A stretch of DNA of 64,000 bases from the IMG/VR virus record IMGVR_UViG_3300025889_000077; one strand, written 5' to 3'. Both the position numbers and the translations under genes were made by a program. Below, one piece after another: positions 11,479 through 20,126 of this stretch. Each line of letters starts with the position of its first letter. Positions within the stretch are counted from its first letter, which is position 1. The notes under the pieces were generated by a model that ran no database searches, had not been told where the DNA came from, and saw nothing but the letters and a program-made list of their open reading frames with translations. The DNA is from an uncultured virus (IMG/VR IMGVR_UViG_3300025889_000077) (taxonomy: Duplodnaviria; Heunggongvirae; Uroviricota; Caudoviricetes).

Positions 11479-11979
11479 ATGACGGACATTCTAATCACCG
11501 ACCTTGGCACGATCCCGCGCAGGATTTCCGAAAGGGACTTCCGCAGGGCAAACCCGAATGTGTCGTTCCCGGAGATGCTCACAAACGAGATGATCGCTCC
11601 TTATGGCGCAGCGTTTGCTGAACCTGCCAGTCCAGTTCCTGACGGAAAGCGGATTGTCTCAACGTCCTTTGTTGAAACCAACGGCCAATGGGCGCAGGTT
11701 CACACGCTTGAAGACATTCCTCCACCGACAGTAGCGGAAATCGTCTTGTCCCCAACACAGTTTCACACGGCGCTGCGGGTCAACGGTCTCGACGCTGCGG
11801 TGAAAACGGCAATCAGTGAAATGCCGGATCAGGTACAGAAGGCGAGCGCCGAAGTTCGACTGGAATACGCATCTGCGTTTCACCGGACTGACCCACTTGT
11901 CACGGCGCTGGCTTCCGCTGTTGGCCTGACAGATGAACAAGTCGATGCAATGTGGATTGCGGCCAAAGACTATCTGTGA
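11479..11979 (+). CDS. Putative tail fibre assembly/chaperone-like protein
   Basis: GAGG RBS; ANPNVSFP and EYASAFHRTDPLV...GLTDEQVDAMW motifs seen in fibre-adjacent genes. Confidence 0.5.
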   Translation: MTDILITDLGTIPRRISERDFRRANPNVSFPEMLTNEMIAPYGAAFAEPASPVPDGKRIVSTSFVETNGQWAQVHTLEDIPPPTVAEIVLSPTQFHTALRVNGLDAAVKTAISEMPDQVQKASAEVRLEYASAFHRTDPLVTALASAVGLTDEQVDAMWIAAKDYL

Positions 11980-12147
11980 ATAAACAACACGCAGTGATCT
12001 ATATTATATAAGTATAAAAATATGCTGATAAGAAAATTAAAACAATATCCACAGCATTACTACACATAGACACAACGTTTTCTGGGTTCGCTACTACAGT
12101 TGGTCAGACCAGAAGAACCTACCAGCTAATAGTCAAAGGAGACGAAG

Positions 12148-12639
12148 ATGGCGATTAAAGTATCAGGAATAACGGTTATCAATGATAACCGCGAATTGAC
12201 CAATTTAAACTCCATGAGTGGAGTAATTGCTACTGATTCTGACATCAGGGGCGCGGCGATCTCTAGCGACAAATTAATAACTATTTCCGGTTTCAATACG
12301 GCTAACTATTACACTGATATTGATTCTACCGGTTCTGCCAACATCACTTTAGATTTGAAGGCCGGTATCAACTATCGATTCATTTTACGAAAAAATCTCA
12401 CACTGACAAATCCAATAAATTACGCTGGAATGAATGGAAAATCTGGGTTCATCGAGGCGATACAAGATTCCACTGGAAGTCACACTTTGTCTTACGAAAC
12501 AGACTGGTTGTTCTCTCCCGGCACCCCACCAGATTTAGCTGATAGCGCAAGAGCTTCCGATTTGTTTGGATATCAGGTACAAGATAGTGCCATGATAATT
12601 TCTCGAATAATCTCTCTGTCTAATAGGTTACCAGCTTAA
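12148..12639 (+). CDS. Virion structural protein, MAIK paralogue 1
   Basis: AGGAG RBS; MAIKVSG..VIND; QDSTGSHTL..W.F..G..P.L domain. Confidence 0.6.
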   Translation: MAIKVSGITVINDNRELTNLNSMSGVIATDSDIRGAAISSDKLITISGFNTANYYTDIDSTGSANITLDLKAGINYRFILRKNLTLTNPINYAGMNGKSGFIEAIQDSTGSHTLSYETDWLFSPGTPPDLADSARASDLFGYQVQDSAMIISRIISLSNRLPA

Positions 12640-12650
12640 GGTTAAAAATC

Positions 12651-13907
12651 ATGGCAATCAAAATTAATGGCACTAACGTAATCAACGACGCCGAAAAATT
12701 TGTGAATATAAAAGACGTTCCCGCAAATTACATTGCGACAGATTCAGATGTTCGGGGATTCGCTTACATAGACGCAAACGACTCTGACCTGTTGATGGAC
12801 GTGTACAATAACTTCATCGCTCTCAATTATGTCGCCATTTCCCCCTCCGGTACGGACGTGACTTGGGACCCTTCTAAGTCGATAAATTTTACGGTTCGTA
12901 TGGACGGTAATTATACTATGAAAAACCCAACTCGAACACTATCGCCTTTTGAGGGGAAAACAGGAACATTTGAATTGTGGCAAGATTCGACTGGTTCTAG
13001 AACTATGTCTTGGGAATCGGATTGGAAATTTACAAGCGGTTCTGCTCCGACATTATCCAATTCGCCGGGGGTCACTGATCTTTTTGCATACACCATTGTT
13101 GATTCGGATATCATAGTTTTTAGTGAATATAGTTTTGGTATACCCAAGCCATTACCAAGTCCACCAAGTCCAGAGCTTATAGTATCATTCAGAGGACATA
13201 TTCTGGGCAGAGAAAATAATATTGATAATCCAACTGGTACGACCATTTTGAGGTTAGATTCAAGCGCCGGCCCCGGCGGCACCAGTGTGGTTAATAACAA
13301 AGACTTTATTATTCTTACAGGATTTTGGGATAACACAACATCGACCACAATAACCGCCTCTGTTGGGGGGACGGCTGCCACCGAAATTATAGAAAACTAT
13401 TCGTCAGGAGAGTATCCAGAAGGCGCTTCATTTTATTTCAAATCGGATTCAAATTACAGCATTTCTTCGGGTAGCACCAAAATTACTGCCACTTCAGACT
13501 ACACGAATTATCCGACTGGTGTCGCTTTAATATTCAACACTAATGGAGCAGACTATACAATTTCGGTCGGTAATACCGTAGAGGCTGATGGGCCAAGCGC
13601 GTTGAACACAACTCTGAACGCAGAAGCGGTGACTACAGTGCCAGCGAACACGTACAGAATTAAAACCTACTTCGGTACAGGTAGACCAATCAACGTCCGC
13701 CTTCAGAACCTGAATGTGACATATCCTAGTGATGATTGGACAACAAACTCCTTTGATGGAGATGGAGCGAATGGCGGCAAGGATGATATGAATTATTCGT
13801 ATATAATTTTAGGTCCGGGTGATATTGATTCGGATTTCACATTCACAACAAATGATGCTGGCCGTCAAGCGCACCACATCATGAGCATAGACTTAACGAA
13901 AGCCTAA
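12651..13907 (+). CDS. Virion structural protein, MAIK paralogue 2 with extra C-terminal domain
   Basis: MAIKING..VIND; QDSTGSRT..W...W.F; Pro-rich linker PKPLPSPPSP. Confidence 0.6.
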   Translation: MAIKINGTNVINDAEKFVNIKDVPANYIATDSDVRGFAYIDANDSDLLMDVYNNFIALNYVAISPSGTDVTWDPSKSINFTVRMDGNYTMKNPTRTLSPFEGKTGTFELWQDSTGSRTMSWESDWKFTSGSAPTLSNSPGVTDLFAYTIVDSDIIVFSEYSFGIPKPLPSPPSPELIVSFRGHILGRENNIDNPTGTTILRLDSSAGPGGTSVVNNKDFIILTGFWDNTTSTTITASVGGTAATEIIENYSSGEYPEGASFYFKSDSNYSISSGSTKITATSDYTNYPTGVALIFNTNGADYTISVGNTVEADGPSALNTTLNAEAVTTVPANTYRIKTYFGTGRPINVRLQNLNVTYPSDDWTTNSFDGDGANGGKDDMNYSYIILGPGDIDSDFTFTTNDAGRQAHHIMSIDLTKA

Positions 13908-13911
13908 AGTC

Positions 13912-14427
13912 ATGGCAATCAAAATATCCAATAACACAATTATCGACGACAGTAGAGGTATAGCGTCCGGAACCGGGCTTGATGGTCCGGTAGTTGCAAG
14001 TGTTAATAAAATTCAGGGCCAGTGGCTGCTAAATAGAGTAGATTCGAATGCGATCTATTCAACAGAAAACGCTACGGCCGCATACAATATTGTAACACTA
14101 GATTCGAATGGGTCTGCGCAAATTTCTATCGATATTCGTTCGGAAATAAATGTGAGTTTTGTGTTGAGGAAAAATCTGACAGTTAATAATCCTATCGGTA
14201 CATCACTGTTTCCGGAATTGTCCGGCAAAACCGGCACAATAAGAGCATATCAAGATTCTACGGCGGGACATACATTGTCATGGGGTAGTAGGTGGTTATT
14301 TAATAATGGCGAAACGCCCGTTCTAACAGATTCGGCCAATTATGGTGATGTTTTTTACTATCTCGCATTCGATAGCGATCAATTTTTAGTGCGGCGAGTG
14401 AGCGAAGGTATCATAACTTTCCCGTAA
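13912..14427 (+). CDS. Virion structural protein, MAIK paralogue 3
   Basis: MAIKISN..IIDD; QDSTAGHTLSW...WLF. Confidence 0.6.
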   Translation: MAIKISNNTIIDDSRGIASGTGLDGPVVASVNKIQGQWLLNRVDSNAIYSTENATAAYNIVTLDSNGSAQISIDIRSEINVSFVLRKNLTVNNPIGTSLFPELSGKTGTIRAYQDSTAGHTLSWGSRWLFNNGETPVLTDSANYGDVFYYLAFDSDQFLVRRVSEGIITFP

Positions 14428-14444
14428 CACAAAATCGTTTTACT

Positions 14445-14452
14445 TATAAATA
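14445..14452 (+). promoter_or_regulatory. T4-type late promoter TATAAATA
   Basis: Consensus upstream of gp13. Confidence 0.8.
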
Positions 14453-14481
14453 GATAAAACAAATCTACATAAGGATAAGAC

Positions 14482-15234
14482 ATGGCGAATCCTACAACAA
14501 GAGATGGCTTCCGTGATTATTGTTTAAGAGCATTAGGTGAACCTGTTCTTGAAGTCAACATTGATGAAGACCAGATTGAAGATCGTATTGACGAAGCGAT
14601 TCAATATTGGCAAGCATTTCATTCCGAAGCAACTTATAGAACCTATGTGGCACAACTGATCGGCGATGCGGATGTGTCAAATGAATATATTTCCGTAGCA
14701 TCTGATGTTCTCTATGTCAATAGATTATTCCGTATCAGCACTGGTTCTACTGGTGCTGGTATGTTTGATTTGAAATATCAGTTCATACTAAATGATGTGG
14801 CAAACATGGGATCGTTCATGGGCGATCTGGCTTATTACGTTCAGTTGAAACAGTATATGGAAATATTGGATCAAACTCTGAATGGCAATCCACAAGTCAC
14901 GTTTGTTCGTAAGATGAATCGTCTATATGTCATGGGTGATTTTGCTGATAATGACATTCAATCTGGAGATTATGTTGTATACGAAGCCACCAAACTTGTA
15001 GATAAATCCACATATGGTGAAGTCTATAACGATATATGGTTAAAGAGATATGCTACGGCATTATTGAAAAGACAATGGGGCGCTAACCTGATCAAGTTTG
15101 AAGGTATGCAGTTGCCAGGTGGGGTCACATTGAACGGTCGACAAATGTTTGATGATGCGAATAACGAAATCCAATCGCTTGAAGAAACTTTAAGAATGAC
15201 ATGGGAAGAACCTTGTGACTTTTTTGTAGGGTGA
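14482..15234 (+). CDS. gp13: Neck protein gp13
   Basis: DYCLRALGEPVLEVNID..QIEDRIDEA; WLKRYATALLKRQWGANLIKFEGMQLPGGVTLNG. Confidence 0.92.
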   Translation: MANPTTRDGFRDYCLRALGEPVLEVNIDEDQIEDRIDEAIQYWQAFHSEATYRTYVAQLIGDADVSNEYISVASDVLYVNRLFRISTGSTGAGMFDLKYQFILNDVANMGSFMGDLAYYVQLKQYMEILDQTLNGNPQVTFVRKMNRLYVMGDFADNDIQSGDYVVYEATKLVDKSTYGEVYNDIWLKRYATALLKRQWGANLIKFEGMQLPGGVTLNGRQMFDDANNEIQSLEETLRMTWEEPCDFFVG

Positions 15235-15794
15235 ATAATATGGAAGCATTCGTATATAAATGGACTGATGAGGCAACCAATATGCTTTACGTTGGGTATC
15301 ATAAAGGTGATCCTGACGATGGTTATGTATGTTCAAGTAAATATATGTTGGCCGAATATGAAAAACGTCCTGAAGATTTTTCGAGAACTATTATCGCTAC
15401 AGGAAAAAAGAAAGATATGATTGATTTAGAATCTTCTATATTGAAAGCGGCAAATGCTTCTACAAATGAGATGTATTACAATAGACATAACGGTGGCAAG
15501 TTTTACTTGTCTGAACACAGTGAAGAAACAAAGAGAAAAATCGGCGCTGCAAATAAAAAAATAAGAACAGGATCAACTTTATCGGAAACACATAAAGCAA
15601 ATATAGGGAAATCCATTAGGGGAGAAAAAAATGGGTTTTATGGAAAAACTCATACAGAAGAAACCAGAAGAAAAATGTCTGAGGCGAATCTTGGGAAAAC
15701 AATGAAGGATTCGACAAAGGAAAAACTATCCAATCATTGGAAAGGTAGAACATGGACTTTAATCGATGGGAAAAGAGTATGGAGTCAAAAATGA
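15231..15794 (+). mobile_element. Free-standing GIY-YIG (Seg-like) homing endonuclease with NUMOD3 repeats
   Basis: FVYKW...LYVGYHKG...YVCSS; HSEETKRKI, NGFYGKTHTEETRRKMS. Confidence 0.8.
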
Positions 15795-15934
15795 AAACGT
15801 TTAAGCAGTTTATGGAAGACAAATATCCTAATCAAGACCCACCAGAAACAAGACCAGAGATTAGATCGGTTGAAGATGATATAGCATATGGTGCTAAAGG
15901 TTATGACCTAAAGATAAAAAAGAAGAAACAATAA
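15791..15934 (+). CDS. Small protein with capsid-targeting-like N-terminus (MKTFKQFMED)
   Basis: GGAG RBS, ATGA overlap; resembles the T4 internal-protein N-terminus. Confidence 0.5.
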   Translation: MKTFKQFMEDKYPNQDPPETRPEIRSVEDDIAYGAKGYDLKIKKKKQ

Positions 15935-16834
15935 ATGGCAACGAATCATTACTTCAACCAAAAAGTTTCAAGTGAACAACAACTCTACGAAGATATCATT
16001 GTAGAGTCCTTGAAGTTTTATGGTCAAGATGTGTATTATCTTCCTCGCGATATTGTGAGAGAAGACACGATTCTTGGTGATGATGTTCCTTCTAAATTCA
16101 ACTCGGCATATATCGTGGAAATGTATCCCGAAAATGTCATGGGATTTGATGGAGAAGGTGATCTTTATACAAAGTTCGGAGTAGAGATTCGTGATGCCGC
16201 TACCTTTGTTCTTGCGAGAAGGAGATGGTCACAAACGGTCGCACGATTAGATAACGAGATAAGTTCTGTAAGACCCCGAGAAGGTGACTTGATCTATCTT
16301 CCTATGTCAAAATCTCTTTTTGAGATTATGCATGTTGAACACGAAGATCCGTTTTATCAGTTACGAAATCTTCCAGTGTATAAGTTGCGTTGTGAGTTGT
16401 TTGAATATAATGATGAGCAGTTTGATACGAATATTGCTGAAATAGATGAAATTGAAAAAGACTTTGCTTATCGTTGGAACATCACGACAGATTCGGCGGG
16501 TGCTGGTTACACAGTTGGTGAAACTGTCACCCAAACACTTTCAAGCGGTATTGTTATCTCTGGTGAAGTTGTAAGATGGGCCGATTCAGATGCGACTATG
16601 TGGGTCGCTCATGTTGGTGGTGATGACTCGGCTGGTAATGGTTATAACTTCCATGAGTTTACTACAGGAATCAATATTGTTGGTGGGACTTCAGGCACAA
16701 GTATCAATGTTGCAACAGTCACAGAAACGAACACAATATCCGCAAACGAAGACAACTCAGCATTTGAAACATCAGCAACAGATATGGATTTCTTAGACTT
16801 CTCTGAAGACAATCCATTTGGAGATCCAAGATAA
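15935..16834 (+). CDS. gp14: Neck protein gp14
   Basis: EQQLYEDIIVESLKFYGQDVYYLPR; RPREGDLIYLP; FEIMHVEHEDPFYQL; DFSEDNPFG. Confidence 0.92.
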   Translation: MATNHYFNQKVSSEQQLYEDIIVESLKFYGQDVYYLPRDIVREDTILGDDVPSKFNSAYIVEMYPENVMGFDGEGDLYTKFGVEIRDAATFVLARRRWSQTVARLDNEISSVRPREGDLIYLPMSKSLFEIMHVEHEDPFYQLRNLPVYKLRCELFEYNDEQFDTNIAEIDEIEKDFAYRWNITTDSAGAGYTVGETVTQTLSSGIVISGEVVRWADSDATMWVAHVGGDDSAGNGYNFHEFTTGINIVGGTSGTSINVATVTETNTISANEDNSAFETSATDMDFLDFSEDNPFGDPR

Positions 16835-17127
16835 TGTTACGTTTTAAGCAATATATATCAGAGGGTGTTAAATTAAAGTTGATTCGTGGTGGGAATCAAG
16901 ATACGCTCAAAATGTGGAATAAGGGTGATTCAAAATGGGTCGAATTGCGAGGTAAACCAAATTTTGAAACCAACTATGATCCTAAAGACCCTTTACATAA
17001 AGCGATAACAATGTTAGGTAAATCTGCAAATATATCAGATTTTGTAAATGGTGATGAAGTGAGCATTAATCCAAATCACCCGGATGCAAGAAAATCATTA
17101 AGAGTGATAAAGAAGTTAATGAAATAG
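16834..17127 (+). CDS. Putative internal head protein
   Basis: MLRFKQYISE N-terminal motif. Confidence 0.45.
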   Translation: MLRFKQYISEGVKLKLIRGGNQDTLKMWNKGDSKWVELRGKPNFETNYDPKDPLHKAITMLGKSANISDFVNGDEVSINPNHPDARKSLRVIKKLMK

Positions 17128-17147
17128 AGTCGAAAGAACCGAAATAA

Positions 17148-17930
17148 ATGCTAACCAACTATTTCTATCATGAACGCATAAGAAAATCAGTAGCGATGTT
17201 TGGGTCGCTATTCAAGGAAATCTATGTGCTGCGGAAAAATGCGAATGGTGATATTCGTAGTTCTGTAAGAGTTCCTTTATCATATGCACCGAAACGAAAA
17301 TATCTTGATAGGTTGAGAGAGAACCCTGATCTTGATACCGACACAAAAGTTGCTATCAAGTTACCTCGTATGTCTTTTGAAATCATAAATTATCAGTATG
17401 CTTCAGAAAGGCAACTGATCAAGACACAAACTATAACACAATCTGGGACTACGGTTTCCAACAGAAGAAAAATATATGCCCCTGTTCCATATAATATTAG
17501 TTTTCAGTTGAACATATATGCCAAGACACAAGAAGATGCTTTACAGATTGTTGAGCAGATCATTCCATATTTTACGCCTCAGTATAGTTTATCAATCAAA
17601 CCATTCACCGATTATGATGTGATAGAAGATGTTCCGATCACTCTGATGTCTATGACATTTACGGATAACTATGAAGGCACTCTTTTAGATAGACGAATGA
17701 TCATTTACACATTGGACTTTGAAATGCACGCCAATTTCTATGGCCCAACAGCACCAACACCAAATATTATTCGCAAAGTCATCAATAATCTTTATCTGAT
17801 GGAAGAAGGTCCATCAGATTCGGATGTAAAGTTTGCGACAATCACAGTATTACCAAATCCATTAAACGTATCCCCTGATTCTGACTATGGTTTCACGACA
17901 ACAATAGTAGAAACAGTAGATAGCACATAA
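17148..17930 (+). CDS. gp15: Tail sheath stabiliser/terminator gp15
   Basis: YFYHERIRKSVAMFGSLF; VPLSYAPK; LPRMSFEI; PVPYNI.FQL; QIVEQIIPYF.P. Confidence 0.92.
   Translation: MLTNYFYHERIRKSVAMFGSLFKEIYVLRKNANGDIRSSVRVPLSYAPKRKYLDRLRENPDLDTDTKVAIKLPRMSFEIINYQYASERQLIKTQTITQSGTTVSNRRKIYAPVPYNISFQLNIYAKTQEDALQIVEQIIPYFTPQYSLSIKPFTDYDVIEDVPITLMSMTFTDNYEGTLLDRRMIIYTLDFEMHANFYGPTAPTPNIIRKVINNLYLMEEGPSDSDVKFATITVLPNPLNVSPDSDYGFTTTIVETVDST
17874..17930 (+). repeat. 57-bp direct repeat copy 1 (3' end of gp15)
   Basis: Near-identical to 18393-18449. Confidence 0.9.
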
Positions 17931-17941
17931 GGAAAAAAACA

Positions 17942-18397
17942 ATGCTAACATTCAAAAAATACTTAGAAGAGAAAAAAAGAGGCCTCTGGGACAATATTCA
18001 TGCCAAGAGAAAAAGAGGTGAAAAACCAGCGAAACCTGGTGACCCGAATTATCCTGATAAAGAAAATTGGGAAAAATTGACTAAAGAGGAAAAAGATCCA
18101 AACGAATATGATAAAGAAGGCGATATGGCTAAGGGTCAATTAAAGACTCTGGTACGTAACGCTTCTGATCTTATGAAGATGATGGGTGACGACGACAATC
18201 TCCCTGAGTGGGTGCAGTCTAAAATCACCAAAGCGGAAGACTATATCTCGTCCGTTCGTGATTACCTTCAATCAGAGAAGGAAAAAATGAACGAAGAGAA
18301 AAAAGACCCACGTCTAGTACGTGCTGGAGTTGAAAGTTTCAATAAACCTAAAAGAACACCTAGTCACCCAACAAAATCTCATATTGTTGTCGCCTGA
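17942..18397 (+). CDS. Putative internal head protein, possibly C-terminally truncated
   Basis: MLTFKKYLEE; GLWDNIHAKRKRG, EYD.EGDMAK.QL, LPEWVQSKITKA modules; ends abruptly at the repeat copy. Confidence 0.55.
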   Translation: MLTFKKYLEEKKRGLWDNIHAKRKRGEKPAKPGDPNYPDKENWEKLTKEEKDPNEYDKEGDMAKGQLKTLVRNASDLMKMMGDDDNLPEWVQSKITKAEDYISSVRDYLQSEKEKMNEEKKDPRLVRAGVESFNKPKRTPSHPTKSHIVVA

Positions 18398-18449
18398 TTC
18401 GGATTATGGTTTCATGACGACAATAGTAGAAACGGTAGATAGCACATGA
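18393..18449 (+). repeat. 57-bp direct repeat copy 2 (orphan gp15 3' end)
   Basis: Encodes PDSDYGFMTTIVETVDST* in the gp15 frame; mostly third-position differences. Confidence 0.9.
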
Positions 18450-18976
18450 TAAGTTTTAGAAAATTCGTATCCAATAGTTCAATTCAATATGTCGCCGAAA
18501 ATAATATGTCTCTTGGTGAACTTTATAGAGTTGGATCTGAAGCATATTACAAAACATTCCGAGAAGCGCGAGAACTCTATAACGAGGGAAACTTGGAACT
18601 TTCAGGTGTTGATAAGTTCATGATAGAACAAACTGACATTGGTGAGTTTGGTTTGTATGAAGGCAATCATGTACCTCTTGATTGTCCTCTTATGGAAGAA
18701 GAACAACCAGAACTCAATAAACCTAAAGTTGGCGGACCAAAGAAATATTATGTTTATGTAAAAGATCCATCAACGGGCAATGTCAAGAAAGTTTCTTGGG
18801 GCGATACAACGGGATTAAAAGTAAAAATAAACAATCCTGAAGCAAGAAAATCGTTTGCAGCAAGACACAAATGTGATCAGCAAAACGATAAAACATCCGC
18901 AGCGTATTGGGCTTGTAGACTACCTTATTATGCAAAGCAACTTGGACTTTCGGGCGGGGGATCATTTTTCTGGTAA
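18446..18976 (+). CDS. Conserved T4-like phage hypothetical protein
   Basis: KKYYVYVKDP..GNVKKVSWGD; ARKSFAARHKC; AYWACRLP. Confidence 0.7.
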   Translation: MISFRKFVSNSSIQYVAENNMSLGELYRVGSEAYYKTFREARELYNEGNLELSGVDKFMIEQTDIGEFGLYEGNHVPLDCPLMEEEQPELNKPKVGGPKKYYVYVKDPSTGNVKKVSWGDTTGLKVKINNPEARKSFAARHKCDQQNDKTSAAYWACRLPYYAKQLGLSGGGSFFW

Positions 18977-18979
18977 TTT

Positions 18980-19255
18980 ATGAATCCATATGTAGATACG
19001 CATATCAGTGAAAACGAATGGTTAAGATCATTCAATACAAATCTTGATAATTCTGAACTTATCTGGCATAGAGACAGAAAGGACAGGACTATATTTGTTA
19101 TGTCTGGAGACAATTGGCGTTTTCAAAGAGAAAATGAATTACCTGAATTGTTAGTTCCCGGTAAAATTTTTAATGTAGAGAAAATGGTATATCATAGACT
19201 TATTATGGGAACCAATAATCTAATATTAAAAATAAAAGAACGCGACTTTTTATAA
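18980..19255 (+). CDS. Small cupin-like hypothetical protein
   Basis: ELIWHRD...W.FQ.ENELP...YHRLI. Confidence 0.6.
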   Translation: MNPYVDTHISENEWLRSFNTNLDNSELIWHRDRKDRTIFVMSGDNWRFQRENELPELLVPGKIFNVEKMVYHRLIMGTNNLILKIKERDFL

Positions 19256-19258
19256 ATA
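19251..19258 (+). promoter_or_regulatory. T4-type late promoter TATAAATA
   Basis: Consensus upstream of the terminase region. Confidence 0.7.
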
Positions 19259-19263
19259 GACAT

Positions 19264-19404
19264 ATGAATACAAAAAATGAACAACCTCCAATTATACTTG
19301 AAGACCACCCAAATTGTGGCACTGAAGATTGTTGCGGAGAATGTGAGACTGCTACAAAAAAGGAAGACCTGAAAGATGATAAGATTCAGACAGTTTCTAT
19401 ATGA
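19264..19404 (+). CDS. 46-aa Cys-rich peptide (HPNCGTEDCCGEC), not in ORF track
   Basis: Read manually; ATG 5 nt after the late promoter. Confidence 0.5.
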   Translation: MNTKNEQPPIILEDHPNCGTEDCCGECETATKKEDLKDDKIQTVSI

Positions 19405-19777
19405 ACAAGACAAATGTGATCTTATATCATATCGTCATATGAAAGAATTTGAAAAATTTGTTGATCGTATGTTTCAGAAGTTCCATATTGATTTCAATTT
19501 CACAAAACATTTCGCAGATCGTATGAGCGACAACAGAAATAATCCTTGTATCAAAATGCAAGAGTTGGCTGACTTCATCAAAAAGATATATAAGAATAGT
19601 GGTAAATCTATCAAGAGCGTAGAGGGATCGGAAGCAGTAATTAAAGACATGCAATCAGATTTAAATATTCCTATTGCCGTCACATACGATAGCAGGAACG
19701 ATGAATTTGATGTTGCGGCAAAAACGATTATGCGAAAGAAAAACTTCAGCACACCGAATAGAACAATAAGGTTTTAA
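19376..19777 (+). CDS. Putative internal head protein
   Basis: MIRFRQFLYE; FTKHFADRM.D.RN; AKTIMRKKNF. Confidence 0.55.
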   Translation: MIRFRQFLYEQDKCDLISYRHMKEFEKFVDRMFQKFHIDFNFTKHFADRMSDNRNNPCIKMQELADFIKKIYKNSGKSIKSVEGSEAVIKDMQSDLNIPIAVTYDSRNDEFDVAAKTIMRKKNFSTPNRTIRF

Positions 19778-19778
19778 A

Positions 19779-20126
19779 ATGAATGATAATATTAATGATG
19801 ATTTTGAGAAATCCAGAAGTACTTATTTTGAACTCCTAGAAACAGGCAAACAATCACTTGAAACTTTAGTGAGAGTTGCTGAAGAAACGGAACATCCAAG
19901 AGCATTTGAAGTTCTTGCCACGATGATCAAAAATCTATCAGATATTAATGATAGGGTTCTTGATCTGCATAAGAAAAACAAAGAACTCAAAACAATGGAC
20001 AAGAAACAGTTGGAACCGCCCGACAAGATTACCAATGTTTTTATCGGTTCTGCTGTTGAACTTCAAAAACTGATAGCAGAACAAAATCAAACTATAGACA
20101 TTACACCAAATGACGATAACGAATGA
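19779..20126 (+). CDS. gp16: Terminase small subunit gp16
   Basis: DDFE.SR; EHPRAFEVLATMIK; NVFIGS..ELQKL; directly upstream of gp17. Confidence 0.88.
   Translation: MNDNINDDFEKSRSTYFELLETGKQSLETLVRVAEETEHPRAFEVLATMIKNLSDINDRVLDLHKKNKELKTMDKKQLEPPDKITNVFIGSAVELQKLIAEQNQTIDITPNDDNE

Noticed and set aside
11980..12147. Possible small gene or relic upstream of the MAIK genes
   Set aside because: Only a 15-codon ORF and a start-less fragment (…YQLIVKGDEDGD*); not enough support.
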